From positions 2,574,226-2,638,225 of the forward strand of contig CAJINV010000002.1 of NCBI GenBank assembly GCA_905178155.1: 64,000 nucleotides of DNA. Reading direction: 5' to 3'. The position numbers were made by a program, and so were the translations under genes. Positions 1 through 13,019 of the stretch are shown here, piece after piece; positions within the stretch are counted from its first letter, which is position 1, and each line of letters begins with the position of its first letter. A model generated the notes under the pieces. The model was not told where the DNA came from, did no database searches, and saw only the letters and a program-made list of their open reading frames with translations. Origin of the DNA: Amoebophrya sp. A120. Lineage: Eukaryota > Protista > Dinoflagellata.

Positions 1-166
1 TCCTTCGCAGCACAACATCGATGGAGGAGAAGTAGGTGTAGTCCAACCTTCGAACAACAGTAGAAACTTCGATAGCAATTCGATCAATCCTCGACTCGTG
101 AAAATATCTTCGCCGCTCCATCGTCGCATCGAGCCGAAGCGTTCGTCTATAGCGGCGGAGGTCGGC

Positions 167-3100
167 ATGAAGCGACTTTTTGCTGGGGAGATAAATAGCA
201 AAGAAACTGTGAGGTCAAGAACCTCTAGTCAGGATCAGGAAGGAGCTGGTAATAGTGGAACAGTAGGAATAACTACGCATTCGCAGCATGGACTAGCGCA
301 AGAACAACACGAGGACCAAAGTTCTTCTGTGGCTTTTCCAACTGCGACCGAAAATGAAGACGAGCTGTACAACTTCGGGACGAGAACTAATACTAACAGC
401 CAGAACTTGGTGAGAAACGACCTTCACAGCGGCGCTCGTACGGGACGATTGTTCTTACCACCTGCCCGTCCTGTTGCAGCGAGTTCTAGCTCGGCCGCAG
501 CAGAAGTCGCACAACAACTACCCCAAGCACTATCACCAGACCGCTCTTCCGAGAACAACCGGAGTCGGCACGCTATCGTACCGGCCCAAGCTGTGGATAA
601 CGAGGCAGGTGACTGGTTCAATCCGTTTGTGAAGTCAAAGGAGACGAGTGTCAGTAAGAGCAGTGACAGTAGTTGTGACAAATCATCTGGCGATATCGCA
701 CATAGTAAACTGCAGAAAGATGAAACAGAATTTCTGGACACTGAAGAAGATTACTCGAACACCATCACTGCGGGTTCTCGTGCAGGAGTAAATCAAGCAG
801 GACAACTACAACATCAAAGGACAACTACAAATACAATCTCTGCTGCTGCCGTTCCGAAGAACCATATCAACCAAAACGTTCAACCAATTGCGAGTGCCAC
901 AGGACCACGAGCAGCAGCATCGTCACCGACCAATCAATCTTCGTCATCTGCCGCGGCGCATGATCCTCGCGTTGGGAATCTACTAGACCCGCAACAGCAG
1001 GTGCAGCAATCGAGCAGCGCAACGAGCGGCGAAGAAGACCTCGTCCACATCAGAGAAGAAACGCCTTTGAGCCGCAACGCGGTTTCGAAGCATCCCAGTT
1101 TTGCGTTAGCTCCGCAGAGTCGGAGTGTAGTAAATACAACAGCTCTTGTACTTCCTATCACAGCGGCATCAAATTTTGCTGGTGCATCTTCCACAGCAGC
1201 AAATCCCGCTGTACTACTCCTCGCCGCAGCCGCTCCTGCGTTAGGAGGTGTACAACTACCAACGGGAGGCAAAGGCGGCCAAGTCGTGGCTACTGATACG
1301 ACCCTAGGAACTTCTGCATCTTGTTCCCCTAGTGCAGCCACGAAGGGACTAAACCTACAACAACCATCAAGCTGGACCTCCAAGGGGACAGGGAAAAAAA
1401 TGACGGCCGGCTATAATTTAACATCCCCAGCTTTTTCTGTCCAGAACATTTACCAATCCCAGCTGGATACCGAGGAAGAGCGAAAACGCATCCTACAGTA
1501 CCAGCAGGCCATCCGCGCAGAGGATGAAAGAAGACTCCGGGAAGAAGAGCGGCGGGTTGCCATTGAAATGGCGGAAATCCAAAACAAGGCCTGCCCGGCG
1601 CACATCTACGAGCCGGGGAGCAATAGACTGCAGTTGGGAGGTGATGGAGAAGTATTGAATCCAGAGCCGGACAGCGATATCCTGTGCAAAAGTATCGTAC
1701 TCGTATTGCAATCATGCATTACAAATCTTTTGCGTAAGGTAATTCCGCATTACAAATTTTATTTCTCACGCTGAGGAAATTTGTAATGCATTTGTACGAG
1801 TACGATACTTTTGCGGGGCATAAGCGAGAGGAAGCGCCGGAAAAAAGATTTGAACGAGCGAGAAATGCATGAACTGGAAGAAAAGGGATTTATCAGGAGT
1901 AAACCGCCAATGCTGGTGGTGGGCAGCAGCAGCAGTAGTAGTCTTGGTGCCGCCGCGCCGCGGTCGAGTTCCGTGCCGGTAGAATTACTCTTCTTGATAT
2001 ATGGACTTTATTTTATCTTTTTGCTTACAGCGCGATGTGGTTTTTCAACTTGATTGAACATACCATGGTTGTTGCGTCAGTTGCTTTTGCAGGCTGCATC
2101 AAAGCATGTGCATTCTATTGGGTCACATCCACATGGCAACGAAAATCTTTTTCCTCAAAACGCACAGATCTCCGCCGCCAGTGCGAATCTTCTACCGCTC
2201 GTCCAAGGTGGCACGACGGACACAGCAGTTGCTGGCAGCCACACGACAACGTCTACCTTAACAACCCGGATGAACAACCCCCGCGCCTCCCTCGACCGTC
2301 GCCCCCCGCGGCTCGACGGAGGTCCGAAGTCCGCGACTCCGGGCCAAAAGTCATTTGTCGTTTCCAAGCCGAACGGCAAGTCGCCGCTCACAGGACCCGG
2401 CCGCGGGCGCGGCAGCGGGCGGAAGAATTTGATGAACACAATGTCCGGAAGTACTAGAGGGAAAGGATTCGGGAAACAACAACAACAGGATCTTCAAGGC
2501 TTTTCTCCAACACCTATCAAAAGGAAAAATCCCCCCTCCCCATATCGAAACGAAGTTTCTGATGCTGGATTTCCGTACACAAATCAGATTTGTCGTGCAG
2601 TAGAGGACTGCAGGCATATGTCAAGCCTCAGTCGAGAGGTTTTGACGTAGGCGCCTAGCATGGCAAACGTGTATGCTCTAATCTAAACAGCATCACAAAC
2701 CGCCTGCAAAATGCAGGGCGCTCTCTGGACTTGCCTTCTTGCAAGACAGACAGGATTTGAGGTCACAAATGCGCATCGTAAATTTTCAGACGGATAAGTT
2801 TTCAATATGGGGAGGGGGGATTTTTCCTTACGATAACACCGCACTTGCGGTCGTTCTCTTCGCCGGGCGTTGGGAAAGGTGAGGTGTATGCATTGCAAAT
2901 ATGATGTCTGGGTCTGTAATGGTGCAAGGTCTGATGCTGTCTCTGGATTCTAAAAAAATCTGTGTTGCATGACCGGCAGGAGGATTGCAGTTTGTACGAC
3001 GTGGGGATGACATTTGTCATGCGGGATAGGCATCAGGAAGCCCTTACAAAATCTGTGACGCTAGGTCACGCATTACAGGCATCATAGGTCATGCAAAATA

Positions 3101-3354
3101 TGCATGACAAACCTGGCAGTCATCCAGACCGAGACATATTTGCATTTCATAACGTGATGCGGTCTACTACTTCGCCACTTCCGGGTTTGTTCCCGGAGAT
3201 CCCACCCGGTGGGTACCTGACGGTTTACTCGCCAGACGGAGTGGCCGTGAAATCGTGGGAGATCGTGAAGCCGAGTACTGCGGACGAGTGGGATGGGTAT
3301 ACTTGTTTTAATATTGTGATTTTGTTTCATCTTTTACTTTTGCCAAGCATGTAG
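167..3354 (+). CDS. Gene 1: low-complexity Ser/Ala/Gln-rich hypothetical protein with short coiled coil (5 exons)
   Basis: ORFs 98, 1811, 2054, exon 2841-2886 and ORF 3091 join in frame after removing introners 1678, 2515, 2887 and GT-AG intron 1979-2092; start and 3' end uncertain. Confidence 0.65.
1678..1822. mobile_element. Introner family D
   Basis: TIR TATCCTGTGCAAAAGTATCGTAC; DR AGCGA/AGCGA. Confidence 0.9.
1979..2092 (+). other. GT-AG intron
   Basis: GTAGAA..TTTTGCAG, phase 0, joins ORFs in frame. Confidence 0.7.
2515..2835. mobile_element. Introner family B
   Basis: TIR TATCAAAAGGAAAAATCCCCCTCCCCATAT; DR ACACC. Confidence 0.9.
2887..3151. mobile_element. Introner family A
   Basis: TIR TAT..TGCAAATATG..TCTGGGTCTG; DR AGGTG/ACGTG. 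Confidence 0.9.
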
Positions 3355-3919
3355 TATAATCCTGATTGTGAATGATGTGCGATGTTTTTCTGAAGTATGG
3401 TAGCACCAAAAGAAAGGAAGTTTTGTTGTCGATGAAAGTCGAAAAGGTCGTTTTTGCAGCGATAGGCGTGGTGAAAATGTCAAGACTTCTGTAGCAGTAG
3501 GCATGATGGGTCCTCTTTACTGCGCTGTGCTGAGCCCCTGTTGTAACTACGAAAAAATTGCGATAGCGATATATCATGTAGTTGTCGTTGCTTTGGCGCC
3601 GGACGACGGATTTCCTTGTAGCCAAACCAAGATCTCTCCTTGTCGCTTTGATTCTGCCAGATGATCCTTGCCGCTGCACCTGTTTTCTTCTAAGCGCGCT
3701 TTCTTTTGCCATTTCAACAATACCTCAGCTTGATTTGCTGTTAGAACCTTTCGTCTCGAAGTAGTGAAACAGTGACTAAGTTGGTGGAGGTTGATGTGTA
3801 GGGTGAGTTGTGAGGAAGTATGTGAAAGACGATCAGTAGTAAAGCTTTACGTACCAGGTTCTTTTTATTTCGACATCAAGAGGAGACAGCATAATTTTAC
3901 CCAGCGACACCACGATCGC

Positions 3920-6900
3920 ATGACAGCAGTCCTGTCGAGCGCTGGGCAGCTGCAGGCTGCTGTGATTGGCAGGACTACTGCCACTGCTAGTACTATCGCT
4001 GACAGCGCTAGTACGAGCGCAACAGCAAGAACTGTTGACACGACAAGTTGTGCCAGTTCTTGCGCAGCTGCGAATATTAAAGCAACTGATGTGAATCTCC
4101 TGTCCGATTTGATCGATAGCCTCCAGCTCAGCAAGAGTCTCAGGCCTAGAAATCTGAAATCCCCCATGACCTCCACCGATGTGTTGGTGACAGCCGCAGC
4201 AGTTGTGCAGCCAGTAGAACCTGTGCGCCAGGTTGTTGTAGTACCGTCGCTTCCTAGTAGCAGTAGTACAGCAACATTATCAACATTTTCGGGCCCGCCT
4301 CATAGAACTAGTACAACCGGGGAGGTGACGGCTGGTGGTCTTCTTGCCGGCGCACCTGGTGGAGGTTGTACTGGTGAAGACAACATGGTGCAGCTGGCAC
4401 AATATTCGTCCTCGAAAGCAGCAGCACCCGTTATAATTCCCTACGGTAGCAGTTCCGCTAGCGAAACTTGCCATGCAGAAACAAGTAGACCACCAAGACA
4501 GTTGTACCCAAAGCCTGTGGGGAAGAGCGCCATGCTCAATTTGGCGAAGCATTTCAAGGAGTTGAGAACAAACAAACCTTCGTCAATAAATTTACAATCG
4601 GACGACCGTATTGCTCATCATCATCTCCTTGGGGATGGTACTTCTTCTAGTATGGCGGCCACAGTCAGCACATCAGCGACTTTATCTTCGCTTAACCACC
4701 AGCACCAGCGGCCGCCACCACCGGTGCTGCTGAAGGAGAATGTTTTCAACCAGGAAGGTGAACATGATCTGAAAGCAATTAAAGACCACGGCGAAAATGT
4801 GAAGATGATGATAGTACCCCGTCTCCGCAATGAAGTAGCAGTAGTAGGAGAACAACAGGCGCTGCCCCCACCTCCATTACAACCAGAACAACAACAGCAA
4901 AATAGTAGTAAAACTATGCTGCATCAAGTGCAGCAAAATCTGTGCCTGCAGACCATCTACAGCCAGAAGGATTTTCTAGAGCCAAACCCCTCGCCTATAC
5001 CGAGTAGACCGACAAGCCCGCCGCCAACCTACGATAATTCGATTGTCAGTGTAGTAGAAGTAGTAGATCAAGAAGAACTTCTAGACCGAATGAATTTTGG
5101 TTTACAACTATCCCAAACAAACAGCGCTGTCATTCCCGGCGATCAGCAGTTCAAGATCAAGGACAACATTTGTCTCATCGCCGACGTAGATGATGTGGAT
5201 CCGAATTTTGAGACAGTGAGGAGAGACAACGATTTGCTGAAGCAGCAGGAATTAGAAGACGAGAAAAAACGGGAAGAGGCGCAAAAAGTGAAAGAACGCC
5301 TGGAATTAGAACGAGAAAGGCGGGCGGAATGGGAACGGGAGCAGGAGGAATTGCGGGAGCGGGAGAAGTTGCGCAGGGAGCAGAGCCTGGAAAGGCAGAG
5401 ACAGGCTGCTGCCGCACAGCAGGCCGCAGGCGCTGGTGCTGCTGCGTCGAGTAGTTCCATCCGTGCCGCGCCCTCCGCCGCGTCTGCCGCAGGATCGAGT
5501 GCTTCCCAGGGACTGGGCGGGAATATGCAGAGATCATCTTCTTCGCATGCAGTAGCATCTGGTCAGCAGGTGTTTCTGGAGCAGACCGATTCCGGCACCA
5601 TGTTTTTCCGAACGGCCTCGGGCCAGAAAGTGTTTCCGAACGTTGCGCCGGGCGGAAATAGCAGCCGCGGGGGAGGAGATGAAGGGGGGGAACAGGTACA
5701 GGTGAGTTTGTTTTTTGGTTGATAAGTACAATTTCTATTCAGTCGCTTTTCATCTCTGTGTGGTGTGCAGTTCCTCTTCCCCGTCACCCATCATCCATGA
5801 AATAGCAACAATATGCTTCGCAAACGACATCAGGTTCAAGAGCCGCACGCCCTGGAGGACGTAGACGACGAAGATCCGGTTGAAAAGAACGACAGTGCCG
5901 AGTCCCGCTCGAAATCCTCCGGTTGCATCGACGAAGCCAGTGTCAGCCCAGACCAAGGGAAGAACAAGAAGTCGGTCGGGAACAATAAACCAGCTGCGAG
6001 TAGTTCCTCGAGTTCGGTACAGCCGCAAGCGCAAATGCAGAGCCGAGGCAGAGGAAGCGCAGTCACGACTGCGAGTGCGGGGGACCAGCAAGTGCCAGTG
6101 TTGGAGGACCACGCGGACGAAAATCAGCGGACCACTTCCCGGAAGAGGTCTTCTCTCCAAAGGCAGATATGGATTGCAAATATGTCTGGGTCTGGAAGAG
6201 CCAAACTTGTGATGCTGCATTTGCATGCTAAAACAATCTGTATTGCATGAGCAGCAAGAGGAGTCAAATTTGGCTACGCAGAGAGGGCATTTGTCATGCA
6301 GGATGCGCATCGATAGGCAAGGCGCTCCAAAAATCTGTGATGCTATGGCATACATCACAGACATCATGGATCATGGAAAATGTGCATGACAAACTTCTCC
6401 TCTTTCAGAGCCAGACACTTTTGCACTTGATAGCAGAGTCTTTCCCACGAAAAGGAAAGGGAGGAAATTTCCGCTGCGCCAGGAAAGCGGAGGTACTTAC
6501 AATTCATTGTTTCGAGTGTTTTTCTGATTCAGATTTTGCATGAGAAGTTTCATGCCTGGCGCATAGGGAATTATCGATGTTGTCATGCAAGACGCGACTG
6601 CAGGCACAGAACAAAAGTACATACGGAACAATTTGGCAATTATCAGGTCCGTCCGCGAGAAGTCCCCGGATGGAGACAACCTCCAACTTGACTCTTTCGA
6701 GCAGGACGACCTTGCTCCCTCGCCGGATGTCGAGCGGGAGACGCGGAGATTGCAGCTGAGCAAATCGAGCAATCAGGGCGGGAGTAAATCTTCCAGTGAC
6801 AAACAAGTTGAGGAACCCGATGACCAGCCAGGAAGGAGTCAAGCAGCGCCAGGAGCTTCTGCGTCTTCTTCACAAAATCTGCCACGACAGAAGTCCGCAC

Positions 6901-9900
6901 AATCCTGCCCCCAACCATCTCCTCCCCGTCTAGAGGACCACCGGGGCGGTACTATTTCATCGCAGCAAGGAACGAGTAAAGGTAGTTCCTCGTCAAATAA
7001 TAATGCGGTAGGAGAACAATCTCGATCTCCTGGTGTAATGATTCCTGAAGCATCTACTTCTTCCAACAACGATCAAAATCTCGATACTTTCGACCACGAC
7101 CACAACAATTTCGACGACGACGGTGGTCATGATGTCGGTACTTGTTTTGAAGACGACCTCGGCGGAGCATCAAATGGACTCCAGAATTCCGCCGGATCGG
7201 CGTTCTCCTTCGGCGGACGGCCAGATCAATATCAACTGCAAAGATGTCTGGGTCTGGAAGGATGCAGAGCTGTCATGCTTGTCTGGCATGACAGAAAAAC
7301 TTGTGATGCGTGTCCCAGAAGACGAAGAGACCCTTTTACTCGTCATGCGAAGATGCAGCTTGTCATGCGGAAAGCGCAACACTATAGCGGAGCACGTCTT
7401 TCTCATGCTCTGCTGTGCATTACAGTGCATTGTCGGTCGTTCACAACCCAGCATTACAAGTTTCCAGACCCAGACACATTTGCACTGCATAATCAACCGG
7501 GCACGCCAAATTTTGGTGGAACCAGCACCGGTTATTTTCAACAGCAACAGTTTCATCAAAACATTTCTAAGCCTCCGAAACAGCACCGCATCACCGGAAA
7601 TACAGACGCGCGACCGAAGTACGATATCAACGATCCAAGAAGAAGCAAAAGATCTTTCATCCCGGTCTTGAACCACAGTAACAACAACCGCTTGATCGTC
7701 CCCAACCTGCCCCCGATGGTGACCGAAGGGCTACTCGAAGACGTGGATGAGGACGACGAGGATTTGTTGCTAGGAGGGGAGAACAATTTTTCATCCAAGT
7801 CGAAGAATAAGAAACCGCGAAGGTCTGACTGGGAGATTATGCACGACCAGATGGAACTCGGGAAGTCGAAGCATGATGTGTCGAAGCCGAATTCTGCGCA
7901 TGCCATCGCGAAGGAGAAACGGCTATGAATTGCAAATATGTCTGGGTCTGGAAGGATGGAACTTGTGATGCTGGATTTGGATTCTAAAGAGATTTGTACT
8001 ATTGCATGACCAGCAAGAGGAGTCCAGTTTGTGCTACTTAGGGAGGGCATTTGTCATGCGGAATAGGCATCAGGAAGCCTTCGAAAGATGTCTGACGCTA
8101 GGCCATGCATCACATGCGTCATGGGTCATGCAAAACATGCATGGCAAACCTTGCACTCTTCCAGGCTCAGACGTTTTTACATTTGATAACGGCGAAAAGA
8201 GCGGGAACTCGCCATGCGCAACCGGTCGGCGCAGACCACCGTGCTCGTGCCTCATTTAAATCTGCAGCGCGACGTCAAATTCAACCGGGAGGCGGTGACG
8301 GTCGAGGCGATTCTGGACGCCGTGGCACAACTGAAGGAACACCAGGGAGGGAGTGGAGGAGATCATATTAACCCAGATGATGTTGAACACGATGATGAAT
8401 ATAATAACCTCACGGCAGAATTTCTCGTGGAGGAGCACAAGCGGAAAAACTTGCAGGGGAGTCCCGCCTCGTATGCATTGCAAATACTTTAGTCTGGGTC
8501 TGGAAAGTTGTGATGCTAATACATTAATAGCAAACTGACTCCAGTACGCGGTCCCGCATGACAAATTTATGAGCAATTCTGCAGCGTCTAAGAAATGCAC
8601 CTGTGCATGACAAGAAGCAGAGCTATTCCATCACATGCATCACAGAGTTCAGGAGCATGCCAGTTCAGCATTACAAGTCCCGACCCAGACATGTTTGCAA
8701 TGCATACTTCGTCCCGCGGCTCCATATCTAGGTCGAACAGTCCGGAGAAGAACTTTCACGTTTTGGAGGATAAAAACTTATCCACGTCCGGCAAGAGAAA
8801 TTCGGCCAAGGGCATCGTCCCGGAAAAATTGAAAAAGCAGAAAGAAATGGAGCGGCAACAAAGAGAAATGGAACTGCAACTGCAGAAGAAAGCCGCGGCG
8901 GTTCTTGCGGCGCAACAAGCCGGAATAGCTGGGAGTTCATCTGCGGTTCTGGGTAGCAGAATCCAAACTGGTGGATCATCATCATCGAGTGCGGTGCCGG
9001 GAAGGGGTGCAGGTAAGAGGATGCTCGTGTATTTGATTTGCAGACACATAGAGAGTACAACAGTTAGTGTTAGTTACAGTTATCCCTCGTCTTCTTTTTC
9101 GCTCGACTTTGTCATTCATATTGACGAATTTTCACAACAACATCGACCACCACCAAATTCTCTACAAATTATCAGCCATCAAAGCCTCGCCACCGACCGG
9201 TAATTATCCGCCAGAGACTTCCCCGCCCTCTTCCGCTCCGCCACCAGAAGCTTCACCCCAACACCTCCATTCCTACTGGAAGGACCCGAAAGTGTCGGTG
9301 CGCGACATCCACATCACCCCGGCCGGCAGGGTGAAGATTGACAAGAGGGCCGTGTTACCCCGGTTATCCGAGATCAAGGAGGGCAGCAAAGAGGTCAGCT
9401 CCAGTCCGGGCAGTGCTGGGTCGCAGTTGAGTCAGGACGAATTGGAGAAGATCAGGACAAAAATGAAACAGATGAAAAAGGGAAAACCATCCGTTCTGGA
9501 GCAGGTTCTCGAGGGGGACGAGGAAGATGAGGAAAGCAGCGCGGAGCATTTCGAAGGACAAAAAACCCGTAAAAAAGCCGCTGAACAAGATGTTGACGAA
9601 GATTTCCCCATGGAGGACATGCTGGACGAGCAGCACTTCCCAGCGGAAATTCTATCAACTGTAAAAATCCCTGGATGTCTGGAAACTTGTGATGCTGTGT
9701 GGCATATCATGAGGAGGCCACAATTGCTGGCTCAGCATGACAAGTTTCTGAGCTTCTAGGTGTTGCCTATTCTGCATGACAAACTACGTTTCTGCATGAC
9801 AGAAAAGTGGGGCTCTTTGTTAATGTGCATGACAGATTTAAGAGTCGTGCCAGACAAGCATGACAAACTTGCATTCTTCCAGACATCCAGGGATTTTTAC

Positions 9901-12178
9901 ATTTGATAAATTCTAAAACCGGACGACGATGAAGAATCCGAGGACTCCGAGGACCGCAGACACCGGCTGGAGCTCGAAGAGACGCTGAACAGAAGAAAAA
10001 ACAAAGGCGCACAGAAACAACTAAACCGCGCGCAAAAAGCAGCGGAAAAGCGGGCCAGTGAGGAGAGGAAAGCGGGAGCAGTAGCCGGGGCGGGAAAAAT
10101 AAACATCAACGTGAGGAAAAAGGCGATGAAGAAAGTCGTTTTGAAGAATTTTTATCAAATGTCGAAGCAACAGCAGGGGAGAATAGCCGCCAATACGAGA
10201 AGGGACGCGAAAGAGCTCGGGCTGAACGTATTAGATTAAATTAAAATTTTTACATTTGCGTTTCTTGTCGTCTGAATGGTGAGGGTCACTCATGCCTTGG
10301 GACGATGATGCAAAGTTGAAGAGCTGTGTTTTTTTTTCTCGATAACAAGGCACGATGTTGATTGTCTCTATCACACATCACTGCAGGTCGGACACCAAAA
10401 AATGGGACCTGTCGACGCGTACAAGAAGGCGCTGGATAAAAGTAGGATGCAAAGCAGCCCGAGTAGCAAGGCAAATCCGAAGGCTGCTGGTGCTGCGCCA
10501 AAAGCAAAAGCAAAGGCCGCTGCTGCTTCTTCCTCTACAACTTCCAGTCTCTTTGGTCTGAATCAACGGCAGTTTTACACCAATTACAACAAAAATAACA
10601 GTACGAACAATAACACTTCAAGTAGATCTCCGGGCAGTGCTGCAAGGCAATTGGTCGCAGCACAGGACGTATCAAATGCAAAAATGTCTGGGTCTAGACG
10701 GTTGGAACTTGTGATGCTAATTTTGGACTCTAAAGAAATCTGTATTGCATGACCAGCAAGAGGAGTCTAGTTTGTGCTACGCGGAGAGGGCATTTGTCAT
10801 GCGGAGTAGCATCAGGCAGCCCTCTAAAAATCCGTGATGCTAGGTCGTGCATTACAGACATCCTAGGTCACACAAAATATGCATCACAAACCCGGCAACA
10901 TTCCAGACCCAGACACTTTTGCATTTGATAGGACGAGGATGTTGAGCCAGCTCCGGCGAAACGCGGTCGGGGGAGGCCACGGAAAGACGCACAACAGGAA
11001 CCAGCTCTTGCAAATGCTGCTGCTGTGCCTAAAGCAAAAGCTGGAACAACGACCTCCAAACGGGGTAGCGGGGGCAATGAGAATGACGAGGACGATGAAA
11101 TAAATGGAGCTTCAGGGAAGAAAAATAAGTCCGGAAAAAAGATCACCCCGGACAAGAAGAAGAAGCCGAATTTGCCGGGATTTCAGACCGACAAAATTTT
11201 GGAAGAACTCCGAGCAGAGGAGACGCCGGAGAGCCCCGAAGAGGACACGCCGGAGGCTATTCTGAGTAAAAACGTCCCCATCCCACAGTAGTTGTCATGC
11301 AGCGGTGCAATGACAGGAACATTTGTAATGCGCAGCTCCATGAGAGGCATTTCCAATCGTGTTTTGGAATTTGTAGTGCTGTAAACAGGATCATAAAATG
11401 GCTTTGTCATGCGGCTTTCCTTGCCAACCAGCACTACACTGCAGAGGGAATTTTGTCTTGCACAGCTCCCAAAACTTGGAGACTTGTGTTGCTAGATCCC
11501 CAACTTGACTATGGGGTGGGGATGTTTTTGCTTAGGATAGAGGCACAGCAGGCGTTCGCGCAAATCAACGCCATGCAGCGGAGGGCGGCGGAGGAGAGGA
11601 AAAAGCGGGAACTGGAGCAAGAGAAGTTATTGAAGCAACAGGAAGTAGAGCAACGAAAACTGCAGCAACAGCAGCAGCAAAGACAACAGCAGCAACAAAG
11701 GCAGCAGCAACAGCAGAGACAGCAGCAGCAGCAGCCCGCTTCCTCTTCAGCTGCGTCTTCCTCTTCCGCCCCGAACATTTTTCAAAAGGCGTTGAACCGT
11801 CAGGGATCGAAAAACATTTTCCTCAACCCCTCTTCCTCCGGAGCCTCGTTGCAGAACCTGGGCGCGGCATTGGGTCTTGGCGGGGGAAGTGCCAGCCGGA
11901 ACAATAGCAAAAACACTTCATTATTTTCCGGGAATAATGCGTCGAGTAGCAGCTCCGCAAGTAAACCGAATATTAAAGGTGGTGGGGCTCCTGTGAAGAC
12001 GCCGCCGCAGGGAGGAGGTGCAGGAGGAGCAGGGGCGAATGATAATGGAATTAAAAACAACAACGGCCGGAAGATGAATACCAAGGCGAACAAAAGCGTT
12101 AATATTTCTCCACCGCCCGCCGCGTCTCCGGAGACTTTTGACGGCCCGAGTCCGGTCAGCGCGACGAAAAGGACGTGA
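3920..12178 (+). CDS. Gene 2: very large low-complexity/coiled-coil protein with AT-hook (KRGRGRPRK at about 10959-10985) and polyQ; probably nuclear
   Basis: ORFs 5813, 6585, 8214, 8595, 9067, 10402, 11025, 11297 join in frame via 7 introners and 3 GT-AG introns; junction near 5702-5805 unresolved, so this may be two genes. Confidence 0.6.
6168..6432. mobile_element. Introner family A
   Basis: TIR; DR GCAGA. Confidence 0.9.
6493..6646 (+). other. GT-AG intron carrying introner motifs
   Basis: AG|GT at both ends, in frame; GCATGAGA and TGTCATGC inside. Confidence 0.65.
7230..7491. mobile_element. Introner family A
   Basis: TIR; DR ATCAA; element+DR = 267 nt, stop-free. Confidence 0.9.
7924..8188. 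mobile_element. Introner family A
   Basis: TIR; DR ACGGC. Confidence 0.9.
8472..8706. mobile_element. Introner family A (diverged)
   Basis: TIR; DR CCTCG/CTTCG. Confidence 0.85.
9013..9175 (+). other. GT-AG intron
   Basis: AG|GTAAGA..ATCAG, phase 1, in frame. Confidence 0.7.
9653..9908. mobile_element. Introner family A variant
   Basis: TIR TATCAACTGTAAAAATCCCTGGATGTCTGGAA; DR AATTC. Confidence 0.9.
10228..10386 (+). other. GT-AG intron
   Basis: GTATTA..CTGCAG, phase 0, in frame. Confidence 0.6.
10670..10930. mobile_element. Introner family A
   Basis: TIR; DR GGACG. Confidence 0.9.
11258..11539. mobile_element. Introner family C
   Basis: TIR TATTCTGAGTAAAAACGTCCCCA; DR GAGGC. Confidence 0.9.
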
Positions 12179-12272
12179 GAAGTTTTGCTGAATGTCTTAC
12201 TTTACAACCAGTTGATATCATTTATTACAACACGTTACGCACGAAATACCTCAAAAATACTAACTTTTTATC

Positions 12273-12324
12273 CGTTACAGATTTCCAATCACAGTTTATT
12301 CGTTACAGAAATTTCCAATCACAG
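12273..12324. repeat. Short direct repeat CGTTACAGA(A)ATTTCCAATCACAG x2
   Basis: Two near-identical copies downstream of gene 2. Confidence 0.7.
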
Positions 12325-13019
12325 AACAGAAAATTTTCATTACAGCAGAAGTGTCAGTTTACAGCAGAAACCTAAAGTAACAAAAAAAAACTGCAGAACA
12401 GCAGACGAAGTTACGACGAATTTAAAAACGCTATTTCCAAACCAATTGATGAGAACCACTTAGGCAAACACTGGGTAAAAATCTTCAACACTTGATTTCA
12501 CCGTAAAAACTTTAACAACTATAATGCGCCGGCGCCACAGGGAACGTGAACGATAGTCACTACCCTCGAGTGTAGCCGACAGTTGCGCCTATTTTTTTTC
12601 AGCAGGAGTAGATTCACGACAACCAAAGTAAGTAGGCAGAATATGATCCAAGTTTATGTCAGTGTCTTAAACGCGCCGGAACTCAAAGCGACGTAGTACT
12701 AGTAGTCGTTCAACAATTAATGATTTCGGTTTGAGCAAATGTGAATTTACCGTCTCCGTCACCGTACGAAAGTCAATCGCGCACACTAATTTTTTTGGGA
12801 ACGAACGACAAGTATAATTCACTCTGAGTCGAAGCCTTTGTGTAGACGTAAAGATACCAAAGCAAAAGAAAATCCTTGTACTATAATTCGTCCACCAGGC
12901 AGCACTGACAGCACCGGAATCTGCCGCGCAAAATGTTTTTCGAAAATACTGTTCGGCGCGTCGTCCTGTTTTCGTTTCGTTCAAGAACTGGTTCGTGATT
13001 TCGTCTTCGTTCTGACTTC

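Noticed and set aside
11640-11735. CAG/CAA repeat as a separate element
   Set aside because: Ordinary polyglutamine tract within gene 2
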